NCBI GenBank assembly: GCA_035565355.1
Contig: DATMSM010000044.1
Span: 7,373 to 71,372, forward strand
Reading direction: 5' to 3'
Source of the DNA: Rhodocyclaceae bacterium
Lineage (GTDB): Bacteria > Pseudomonadota > Gammaproteobacteria > Burkholderiales > Rhodocyclaceae
DNA: 64,000 nt
Shown: piece by piece, positions 20,053 through 28,440 of the stretch
Layout: the number at the start of each line of letters is the position of its first letter
Position numbering within the stretch: position 1 is the stretch's first letter
Notes under the pieces: generated by a model
The model's input: the letters and a program-made list of their open reading frames with translations, nothing else
What the model was told of the DNA's origin: nothing
Database searches by the model: none
Position numbers and translations under genes: made by a program

Positions 20053-20400
20053 ATGAATCCGAATAGCAAAAAAGCGCTGGAAGCCATCCTCGTCGGCGGC
20101 GTACTGGTTGTATCCCTGAACGCGAGCGCTCAAACCGGCGCCTGCACCGGTGGTACCGGCGTGGGGATTCCGAGTGACCCAACCGCCTTCGTGAAGACCT
20201 CCTTCGTGCCGAAGTGCTCGGCCAATGTGAACGCCGTGTATCTGGACTCCGGCGCTGCCTTCAGTGTCGCGGGTTATTCCGCCAAGGGCAACCAAAGCTA
20301 TGGTGGTTCCAGCGAAGGTGGCAGCGTCAGCATGTGCACCACCTTTGGTGTCGGCGCCGCCCCGACCCTGAGCCCCAGCACGACTTCCGGCTGCTCCTGA
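20053..20400 (+). CDS. Secreted Gly/Ser/Thr-rich 4-Cys protein (candidate PilA-C-like pilin partner)
   Basis: AGGAG Shine-Dalgarno. Sec-type signal peptide (ILVGGVLVVSLNASA|QT). Four Cys in the mature part. Starts 17 nt after the pilin stop. Confidence 0.6.
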   Translation: MNPNSKKALEAILVGGVLVVSLNASAQTGACTGGTGVGIPSDPTAFVKTSFVPKCSANVNAVYLDSGAAFSVAGYSAKGNQSYGGSSEGGSVSMCTTFGVGAAPTLSPSTTSGCS

Positions 20401-20412
20401 TCCAGCCTTTGG

Positions 20413-20442
20413 AAAAAGCCGGCTTTGCGCCGGCTTTTTTTT
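20413..20442 (+). terminator. Rho-independent terminator/attenuator after the two pilin-related genes
   Basis: Stem AGCCGGC / GCCGGCT followed by a T8 run. The next ORF starts only 6 nt later. Confidence 0.7.
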
Positions 20443-20447
20443 CGCCC

Positions 20448-21266
20448 ATGTCTCTGACTCCTTACACTCAACATATTTCCATCGCATGGAAGCTCGGCGT
20501 CCGCAGCCATGCCATACGCGCGCTGGTCGCATTCGGCGTGTTTCTTCTTGGCGCTGCGTTTCTCGCTGGAGCATTCTCTTTGCGCCAGCCGCTTATCGTC
20601 ACCCTGGATGTCGGCATCAGCGGCATTCGCCTACTGACGGTCTTGCTAACCCTGTTCTGGATGCAGGAAGCCTTCGTACACGACATCGAGCGCCGCACCC
20701 TGACCCTGGCCTTCAGTTTGCCGCTTGATCGCATCACCTACGTACTGGGGCGCTTTATCGGCATCATGCTTTTGATTTCGCTTGCCGTCACCACTTGGGG
20801 AGCTGCCCTTGCAATTGCCGACCAGTTTGCCAGTTGGGGCTACCCCGGGTCCTCGCGCCCGGCTTTGGGGTTGCGCTACGTCGCCATGCTAATGGGCATC
20901 ATGCTTGATGCCTGGGTTATCGGCGCATTCGTCCTCGCCGTCGCCAGTGTCGCACAAACGCCGCTATTGCCTTTTCTGACCGGTGCCGCGTTCGCGGTCT
21001 CCGCCCGCAGCATAGGCGCCGTACTCGATTACCTGAGTTATTCATCCTCCGTGGATGCTGCAACGAAGGCCTATTTCCTAAGCCTCATCGACAAGCTACG
21101 CTGGATCCTACCCGACCTCGGACTATTGGACTGGCGCGCCGCCACCCTATATGGTCAAGACTTTCCGTGGCCACAGGCGCAGTCAGGGATGGCAATTGCC
21201 TTCGGCTACCTTATTGTTTTCCTATCCATTGCCGTCTTTGCGTATCGCCGGCGAGAATTTTACTGA
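20448..21266 (+). CDS. Polytopic membrane protein, ABC-2-type permease-like
   Basis: 272 aa with about 6 hydrophobic segments. No clear Shine-Dalgarno. TGATG overlap with the following gene. An ABC ATPase is encoded 4 kb downstream in the same operon. Confidence 0.55.
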   Translation: MSLTPYTQHISIAWKLGVRSHAIRALVAFGVFLLGAAFLAGAFSLRQPLIVTLDVGISGIRLLTVLLTLFWMQEAFVHDIERRTLTLAFSLPLDRITYVLGRFIGIMLLISLAVTTWGAALAIADQFASWGYPGSSRPALGLRYVAMLMGIMLDAWVIGAFVLAVASVAQTPLLPFLTGAAFAVSARSIGAVLDYLSYSSSVDAATKAYFLSLIDKLRWILPDLGLLDWRAATLYGQDFPWPQAQSGMAIAFGYLIVFLSIAVFAYRRREFY

Positions 21267-24200
21267 TGTCCGCTCAAGCGCCAGACTCCATGCTCCCGCT
21301 CCTGCAGGCGATCCAGTCCTGCGTCAATCAGGGACAAGCTGCTGAAGCCATCCGTCTGTGGGAGGAAGCCGGGCGCCCCGAAAACCGGGAAACCCTTTTT
21401 CTTACGGCGATTGCCGTGCAGCAACTGGACGACCTCGCTTTGGCCCGAGCCAAGCTGGAGAAGGCCCTCGCGCTCGACCCGGACTACCCTCCGGCACAAC
21501 TGCGTCTTGCCCAGGTTGCGCTGAGCGCATTGGACTACCCCGCGACCATCGCCTGGGCAGACCGCTACCTGAATTACCGGCCGTACAGCCAGGAGGCCAT
21601 CAGCTGGAAGGTCTTCGCCATGCAGAAAAACGGCCAGGCGGAAGCTGCGGAGCAGGCCCTGATGGAGTACATCAGGGTTTTTCCCTATTCTCTGGCCACA
21701 GCACAATGCAGCATCGTGATCGCCAATGAACGCAAGGCCTATGTCTATGCCCTACTCATGGGAGGACGGTTACCGCTAGAGCACTGGCACAGGAGTTACG
21801 CTGGACAAACGCTGGCGGCTTGTTGCTTCCATCTCTCCCATGCGCCGCTGATGCATGCAGTTGTCGATATTGTTTACGCCGATACGGTAGCGGAAGAGGA
21901 CGCTGAATATGCTGCACTGATCGGTAATCTGGCGACGCTCGGCGACGCCTATGAAGATGCGGTGCAATGGTACACGCGTGCACGCCAACTCGACCCGCAC
22001 GCCGAGACAAGCTGGTTCAACGAGGCCATCAGTCGCTGGGCGACCGGGGACTTTGCCGCAGGAAGCATCGCCTACCGCGAACGCGGCAAGCTGATGAAGC
22101 TCATGCGTCTGGATGGAATACCGGAATGGCGCGGTGAGAATCTGGAAGGCAAGACACTGCTTGTGCATAGCGAACAAGGCAGCGGAGACGTCATCCAGTT
22201 CATCCGCTATATGCCGTATCTGCGCGAAATCGCAGGCACCGTGCTGTTCAATACCTACCCTGACATTCTTGCACTGCTGCGGACAGACGAAAAAAGTACG
22301 GCGGCCCAGGGCCTGAACGAAAGTCTCCTCGACAAAATCGACTATCAGATCTGGATGATGGACGTGCCAGGCTATCTGAGGCCGAACGGCCTTGCCGACT
22401 TCCCGGCGGATACACCCTATCTGTTCCCGCCTCAAGAAAGGGTTGCCTCATGGAAGAATCGCCTGGCCCCCTACCAAGGTCTAAAGGTCGGTCTGGTTTG
22501 GGCCGGCAACCCCGAACACGCAAATGATCCCAATCGCTCAGCCAGCCTAGCCGAATGGTCGGCATTGAGTGAACTGCAAGGCGTACACTGGTTTTCCTTG
22601 CAAAAAGGCCACGGAGAGCCAGAAGCGAGTTACCCACCGCCAGGGCTGACGCTGAACAATCTCAGCCCGGAAATTCGCGACTTTTCCGATACCGCAGCCA
22701 TCCTCGCAAATCTGGACTTGCTGATCAGCGTAGACACATCGGTGGCCCATTTGGCCGGTGCGTGCGGACGTCCTTGCTGGACCTTATTGCCGAAGCAATG
22801 CATCGACTGGCGCTGGGCCAACCAGCCCGAGATTCCGCACTACTATCCCAGCATGCGTCTGATTCGCCGACAAAAGGAGGACATCGGCTGGGATAGCCTG
22901 GTACGGCGCGAGGTCATCCCCAGGCTCATTGAGCTCGGTGCCACCACGCGTCCAACCCCATCGGAAACATCTCTATCGGCTTATGCGCAGACGCTGGCGC
23001 AGGCGCGCACTACGTTGCAGAACGGGAAGCTGAGCGAAGCGTTAACCCTGTCAGTTCAAGGACTCACGGAGTACCCAGGCGACCCTCGCCTGCAGATGGT
23101 TTGCGCCGACGCGCACATTCGCATGGGCAACAAGGTGTCTGCCGGAGAATGCGCTGCCGAAGTGCTACGCATCTTCCCGCGCAGTGTCAACGCGCATCGC
23201 ATCGCTATGCAGTCGGCCAAAAAGGACAACCTCTTGGGAATGAGTACTCATCTCCAGGCGATGTTGCGTATAGAGCCGGACAACCATGCCATCTGGCAAG
23301 ACGCTGCACGCTTCTACATGACCCACCATGCGCCGCTGATCGCCTATCTCGTCATGCGACACCTGGTGTCACTTAACCCCTCGCACTCGCATATCACTAC
23401 GCTGGCCATTTCTCTGTTGCGCTTGGGCAATCGAGATGCAGCGGCCTCCTTACTTGCAGACATCGAACCTGCGTCTGGAGACAGCCTTGAGCTCCTCCAA
23501 GAGCTCTACTACGCCTGCGCAACCCTTAATCAACGGGACAAGGCGGACCTATTGCAGTCCGCCATCACAGCCCGAGGGCCGATAGGCTCGGACCTCGGCC
23601 TGATGATAGGCTCCATGCTTCTGAGGTGGGGAGAGCAAGAGGGCTGGAAGTTCTATAACCTCTGCAATTGGCCCGACCCCGTCGAGACGCCGCTCAACGT
23701 CCCGATCTGGAACGGCGAAGCATTGGATGGCAAGCATCTGTTGATTTATCAGGATCAAGGCTATGGAGACGTCATTCAGTTCTTCCCCCTGATAAACAGA
23801 TTACCGTCGGCAAGAAAAATTACGCTCTCGGTGTTCTCCGAGGTGCGTGATCTGCTGAGCGAACAAAGTCTCCCGCGGGGGCTTGAGATCATTACCCACA
23901 AAAAGCTGTCGGAAGACTCGGCGCACTATGACTACAGAATCGGTTTCATGCATTGGGTTGCAGGCCTTGCGCCGGATTTGACCAGGCTGCCCGCCCCCTA
24001 TCCCTACCTGCGTGTATCGAGCTCTCCTCGCCTGGAGACATGGGAACAAAAGATGATGGTCGATGCTGGCTTTAAAGTCGGTATCGCATGGGCAGGAAAC
24101 CCCGCGCACTTCAACGACTACAACCGTTCCACGCAACTGGGTGATTGGTTGCCGCTCACTCAGATTTCTGGCATCTCACTGTATAACCTGCAGCGCGACC

Positions 24201-24550
24201 ACGCATCAGATCAGGTTTTTGAATATCCGCAGTTCGAATTTCAAAATATCGTGGCGGATTGCAAGACTCTCCGCGACACCGCCGCCGCGATGCGTATGCT
24301 TGATCTAGTTGTCATCGTAGACACTGGACCGGCCCACCTCGCCGCATCGCTCGGTGTCGAAACCTGGATTCTTCTTCCTAACCTCGGCAACGACTTCCGC
24401 TGGATGCAGGAACGCGATGATTGTCCGTGGTACCCGAGCGTTCGGCTGTTCCGACAGGATATCAACGAGCCCTGGTCTTCCGTGCTGCAGCGTGTTGCTA
24501 CGGCACTTCATGAACGGATGGCGCATCCGGCGAACGTGGTCGCATGCTGA
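21266..24550 (+). CDS. Tandem TPR - GT9-like glycosyltransferase (two TPR+GT modules in one 1094-aa protein)
   Basis: Two internally repeated modules, each with a helical TPR-like region. Module 1 has GSGDVIQFIRY...VGLVWAGNPEHANDPNRS...DTSVAHLAGACGRPCWTLLP...YYPSMRLIRRQ. Module 2 has GYGDVIQFFPL...VGIAWAGNPAHFNDYNRS...DTGPAHLAASLGVETWILLP...PWYPSVRLFRQ. Confidence 0.8.
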   Translation: MSAQAPDSMLPLLQAIQSCVNQGQAAEAIRLWEEAGRPENRETLFLTAIAVQQLDDLALARAKLEKALALDPDYPPAQLRLAQVALSALDYPATIAWADRYLNYRPYSQEAISWKVFAMQKNGQAEAAEQALMEYIRVFPYSLATAQCSIVIANERKAYVYALLMGGRLPLEHWHRSYAGQTLAACCFHLSHAPLMHAVVDIVYADTVAEEDAEYAALIGNLATLGDAYEDAVQWYTRARQLDPHAETSWFNEAISRWATGDFAAGSIAYRERGKLMKLMRLDGIPEWRGENLEGKTLLVHSEQGSGDVIQFIRYMPYLREIAGTVLFNTYPDILALLRTDEKSTAAQGLNESLLDKIDYQIWMMDVPGYLRPNGLADFPADTPYLFPPQERVASWKNRLAPYQGLKVGLVWAGNPEHANDPNRSASLAEWSALSELQGVHWFSLQKGHGEPEASYPPPGLTLNNLSPEIRDFSDTAAILANLDLLISVDTSVAHLAGACGRPCWTLLPKQCIDWRWANQPEIPHYYPSMRLIRRQKEDIGWDSLVRREVIPRLIELGATTRPTPSETSLSAYAQTLAQARTTLQNGKLSEALTLSVQGLTEYPGDPRLQMVCADAHIRMGNKVSAGECAAEVLRIFPRSVNAHRIAMQSAKKDNLLGMSTHLQAMLRIEPDNHAIWQDAARFYMTHHAPLIAYLVMRHLVSLNPSHSHITTLAISLLRLGNRDAAASLLADIEPASGDSLELLQELYYACATLNQRDKADLLQSAITARGPIGSDLGLMIGSMLLRWGEQEGWKFYNLCNWPDPVETPLNVPIWNGEALDGKHLLIYQDQGYGDVIQFFPLINRLPSARKITLSVFSEVRDLLSEQSLPRGLEIITHKKLSEDSAHYDYRIGFMHWVAGLAPDLTRLPAPYPYLRVSSSPRLETWEQKMMVDAGFKVGIAWAGNPAHFNDYNRSTQLGDWLPLTQISGISLYNLQRDHASDQVFEYPQFEFQNIVADCKTLRDTAAAMRMLDLVVIVDTGPAHLAASLGVETWILLPNLGNDFRWMQERDDCPWYPSVRLFRQDINEPWSSVLQRVATALHERMAHPANVVAC

Positions 24551-25356
24551 AAATATGGCCCTCTGTCATGCTGGCTGCCGGAATCGGGCTGACGGCACTG
24601 GGAAATCATCTGCGTCCACCACCACGGCCGATGCAGGAAAGCCTCTCGGTCATGATCCCCGTCCCAGTTCAAATTGTGGCGGCATTTGGCGATCGCTATC
24701 TGGCGGCCAACATAGGCACTTGGCGTGCAATCATGGTTGGCACGCATCGGATGTCCAAAGACGAACTGACAGCGCTTTCCCAAGTACAAGACAGTGCATC
24801 TTGGCTCAATCCAGGCCATGAAGACAACTATTACACTGCTGCCGCCATCCTGCCATGGGCTGGCGAACTTGAGGCGACGCAACGTATTCTCAAGCGCGCC
24901 ACCCAAGCGCGCCCCCACGATCTGTACCCTTCGTTTTTTCATGGCTTCAACGCACTCTACTTTCTAGGCGATGGACTCACTGCAAGCCAGTCATTGAGGA
25001 CAGCAGCGGCCCATGCTCAGTCAAACGATGAACGCCAGGCATTGTCCGTATTGGCGGCACGCTGGTCCGAGCGAAACAACGCCCCACAGATTGCCATTGG
25101 TATCGTTTCGCATATGGCAAAGGAAAGCAAAGACCCGGCGCTCAAGGCATATTTGGCACAAAGAGTCGTCAGACTGGAAGGGCTGGTACAGCTACGTGCT
25201 GCGGCAACCCGCTATCAAGAGCGTTATGGCCGCCCACTGGAAAACCTCGAGCAGTTGGTCAGTGCCGGCATACTTGCCGCCGTGCCTGTTGATCCGCTTG
25301 GCGATGGATACGGATTGCAGGACAATCAACCCGTACTGTTGTCACCGAAAAACTGA
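24544..25356 (+). CDS. Hypothetical protein with an N-terminal membrane anchor or signal
   Basis: 270 aa. N-terminal hydrophobic segment VMLAAGIGLTAL followed by a helical repeat-like body. Translationally coupled (ATGCTGA overlap) to the TPR-GT gene. Confidence 0.5.
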   Translation: MLKIWPSVMLAAGIGLTALGNHLRPPPRPMQESLSVMIPVPVQIVAAFGDRYLAANIGTWRAIMVGTHRMSKDELTALSQVQDSASWLNPGHEDNYYTAAAILPWAGELEATQRILKRATQARPHDLYPSFFHGFNALYFLGDGLTASQSLRTAAAHAQSNDERQALSVLAARWSERNNAPQIAIGIVSHMAKESKDPALKAYLAQRVVRLEGLVQLRAAATRYQERYGRPLENLEQLVSAGILAAVPVDPLGDGYGLQDNQPVLLSPKN

Positions 25357-25361
25357 ACTAT

Positions 25362-26288
25362 ATGCCGGATATTATTTCTGCCAGCAACGTCAGCAAACAC
25401 TATCGCAAGGGTTTGCGCCGACACATCTTCAATGCCCTCGAAGATGTGAGCTTTAGCGCTGCCGCCGGCGAGTCAATCGGTTTCATCGGCCACAATGGTG
25501 CGGGCAAGAGCACCATGATCAGGATCATCATGGGCTTGCAGACACCGACGAGCGGTTCTGTGCTGTTGCAGGGCATGGACCCGCGGGTGCCGGAAAGCCG
25601 CCGCGGTGTTGCCTACGTTCCGGAGAACCCGCTGCTCTACGACCACCTCAGCCCCAATGAGCTCATCCGACTGACGACACTCAGCCACGGAATCTCACCG
25701 AATGAGACCGCAGCGCGTACGCGGAAGTGGTTAGAAAGACTCAACCTTGCCGAAGTCGCGGACAAGCGCGTACGGCAATTTTCCAAGGGGATGGTGCAGC
25801 GTACGACACTCGCCATGGCTTTAGCGGTGGAGCCGCGCTTTCTGATTCTCGATGAACCGCTTTCCGGGCTGGACCCGACCGGGCGGCGCGAGGTCGTGGA
25901 GATTCTTTCTGAATACCGAAGAAACGGTGGCGGAATGCTGTTCTCGTCTCACGTGCTGACCGACGTGGAAGTGCTCGCCGATCGTTTCCTCTTTATTCAC
26001 AAAGGTCGCATTCGCGTCACGGGAACCCCGGGCACCCTACTGCAAGGCCACGAAGACAGTTACGAAGTCATCATCGAAGCGACGGACGAACCGCCCCCGG
26101 GATTTTCACAGCTATATGGGCTCCAGTACAAACTGGAGCTCGACGCAAATGCGCTTGAGATGAAGTTGTCGGAATTGAGAAACAAGAACGGAGTGCGCCT
26201 GATCAACATTCGTTCCAGAAATACGCTCGAATCGGCCTATTTCAGATTTGTCGCGGAAGCCGAACGATCCGACGCCCGACCATCGTAA
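25362..26288 (+). CDS. ABC transporter ATP-binding protein (ABC-2 exporter type)
   Basis: Walker A GHNGAGKST, signature FSKGMVQR, Walker B LILDEPLSGLD. Confidence 0.9.
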   Translation: MPDIISASNVSKHYRKGLRRHIFNALEDVSFSAAAGESIGFIGHNGAGKSTMIRIIMGLQTPTSGSVLLQGMDPRVPESRRGVAYVPENPLLYDHLSPNELIRLTTLSHGISPNETAARTRKWLERLNLAEVADKRVRQFSKGMVQRTTLAMALAVEPRFLILDEPLSGLDPTGRREVVEILSEYRRNGGGMLFSSHVLTDVEVLADRFLFIHKGRIRVTGTPGTLLQGHEDSYEVIIEATDEPPPGFSQLYGLQYKLELDANALEMKLSELRNKNGVRLINIRSRNTLESAYFRFVAEAERSDARPS

Positions 26289-26305
26289 TTAGGAAGAGAT
26301 TCAAC

Positions 26306-27115
26306 ATGGATGGCTACAATGCTCGCCTGGAAGTCGATATTCCCTATTTACAGCCGCATAGCGCATGCAAGGTCTGTGGAGAACAAGCCAGCCTGTATGG
26401 CGTAGTCGACTTTACTAAGACCTGCGCGCAAGAACTCAAACTAGCGCCAGTCGGCGTCCCGGTCTACTACTATCAATGCAGCCACTGCCAGTTTTTATTT
26501 ACGCGGGCATTCGACAAGTGGACGGTCGGCGACTTCAATCGCCACATCTATAACAAAAACTACCAGGTATTCGACCCTGATTCCCTGGAAATACGTCCGA
26601 GCAGTTTCTACGTTTTTTTTCAAGAAGTCCTAAGCAAACACCGGGGCCGCATTCGCGGATTGGACTATGGGGGGGGCAACGGTCTATTGTCGCGTTTAAT
26701 GGTCGATAAGGGCTACGACTTCAGCACTTGGGATCCAATGGAGGCGGAACAGACCATTCCCGAAGGTAAATTCAACCTCATCAGCGCCATTGAAGTAGCT
26801 GAGCACGTTCCCGATCCCCATACGTTCTTTACCGCCATAGACCGTTACTTATCCCAAGATGGGCTCTGCTTTTTCACTACCGCAGTCCAGGATAGCGCCG
26901 ATATCGAAGACCTGATGGCTTGGTGGTACGTAGCTCCCATCAATGGCCATATCAGCTTGTACTCGCATAAAGCCATTGAGCATTTATGTGCCCAATATGG
27001 TCTGCGAGGCCATATCAGTGGCGGTCGACACTTTCTCTACCGAGAGCCTACACCGCTTCTTGATGAGTTTATAAACACCATACTCTCCCATGAGGAGGCA
27101 AGTCACAGCAGCTAA
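26306..27115 (+). CDS. Class I SAM-dependent methyltransferase with an N-terminal CxxC...CxxC zinc ribbon
   Basis: CKVCGEQ...CSHCQ, followed by LDYGGGNG (motif I). Confidence 0.7.
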   Translation: MDGYNARLEVDIPYLQPHSACKVCGEQASLYGVVDFTKTCAQELKLAPVGVPVYYYQCSHCQFLFTRAFDKWTVGDFNRHIYNKNYQVFDPDSLEIRPSSFYVFFQEVLSKHRGRIRGLDYGGGNGLLSRLMVDKGYDFSTWDPMEAEQTIPEGKFNLISAIEVAEHVPDPHTFFTAIDRYLSQDGLCFFTTAVQDSADIEDLMAWWYVAPINGHISLYSHKAIEHLCAQYGLRGHISGGRHFLYREPTPLLDEFINTILSHEEASHSS

Positions 27116-27165
27116 GCCTCAGCGGGGAAGCTGATATCAGATGCAACTTCGTCGGGGGTATTCGG

Positions 27166-27612
27166 CTATCTAGCCTTACCTGCCAGCGCCTTCGCCAGCC
27201 GGCGGAAATCATGCTCCGCTTGCCACTCTGCTCGTTCGGGCGTGGCATGCGCGTACGATAGAGCCTCTTCAGGGTTCTGTTTGAGGAAGGCATCCAGAGT
27301 TTGGCGCAGAATGCCATGATGCGGCAGCATCGGTCCCATGAACAACACCAGCTCCTTGCGTTGAATCAGCAAGGTCGGAAAGTTCTCGATATCCCAGTCT
27401 TCGACACCCGAGTTCTCGTCCTCGATATCGACCCACACGAAGCCCACGTCGGGATATCGCGCCTCCATCTCCCGGAAACCGTCCTCATACTCGCGGCAAG
27501 TACCGCACCAGGCGGCACAAAGACAAACGACGAGGAATTCGCGGGCGATTGGGTCCAGGGGGTTCGGGGCGGACATCAGGGCGGTTAGAATTGCGGTTTG
27601 GTATTCGATCAT
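27166..27612 (-). CDS. Thioredoxin-family protein
   Basis: AAWCGTC redox motif (WCxxC). 148 aa. Confidence 0.75.
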   Translation of the reverse strand: MIEYQTAILTALMSAPNPLDPIAREFLVVCLCAAWCGTCREYEDGFREMEARYPDVGFVWVDIEDENSGVEDWDIENFPTLLIQRKELVLFMGPMLPHHGILRQTLDAFLKQNPEEALSYAHATPERAEWQAEHDFRRLAKALAGKAR

Positions 27613-27639
27613 ACCCGATCACCACTGTATTCTTCAGCC

Positions 27640-28413
27640 ATGAGCCTAGCCCTAGCCACCGACCAACGTCTCCCCGCCACACCGATCAGCGAGGCTGAGC
27701 GCGCACTGCGCATCGACCTGGCCGCCGCATATCGCCTGGCTGCCCGCCAAGGCTGGGACGACCTGATCTATACGCATATCACAGCCCGCGTTCCCGGCGA
27801 GGACGGCGCCTTTCTCATCAACCCGTTTGGTCTGCGCTTCGACGAAATCACCGCCGCCAGCCTGGTCAAGATCAATATCCACGGCCAGATCTACGGCGAC
27901 GCCGATGTGGAAGTGAATGCCATCGGCTTTCGCATCCACGCCACCGTGCATGCAGCCCGTCACGATGCGCATTGCGTCATGCATCTGCACAACGTCAATG
28001 CAATTGCCGTGTCGGCCCAGCTCGACGGCCTGCTGCCGATTTCGCAGCATGCGATGCGCTTCTACAAGCAGATCGGCTATCACGACTACGAAGGCCTGTC
28101 ACTGACCGAACCCGAGGGGCGGCGCATGGTTCAAAGTCTGGCCGACTACCCGGCCCTGCTACTGCGCAATCACGGCAGTCTGGTGTGCGGCCGCACCGTG
28201 GCCGAAGCGTATGTGTTGATGGACACGCTGGACAAAGCCTGCCAGATCCAGCTCAAGGCCCAGGCCGGTGGTACGGAGCTGGTGACGCCGCCGCCCCAAG
28301 TCCTGCAACACACCGCGCGCCAGCTCGTCAGCGACGATGTGCCGGAAGGCGAACGCGAGTGGCCGGCGCTGCTGCGCCTGCTCGATCAGAGCGACGCCTC
28401 ATACCGCAACTAA
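27640..28413 (+). CDS. Class II aldolase/adducin-family protein
   Basis: THITARVP...HATVHAARHDAHCVMHLHN...LRNHG pattern, typical of the metal-binding His residues of class II aldolases. Confidence 0.8.
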   Translation: MSLALATDQRLPATPISEAERALRIDLAAAYRLAARQGWDDLIYTHITARVPGEDGAFLINPFGLRFDEITAASLVKINIHGQIYGDADVEVNAIGFRIHATVHAARHDAHCVMHLHNVNAIAVSAQLDGLLPISQHAMRFYKQIGYHDYEGLSLTEPEGRRMVQSLADYPALLLRNHGSLVCGRTVAEAYVLMDTLDKACQIQLKAQAGGTELVTPPPQVLQHTARQLVSDDVPEGEREWPALLRLLDQSDASYRN

Positions 28414-28440
28414 GTACAAGCTTTTCAAAAGGAGCCTCTT

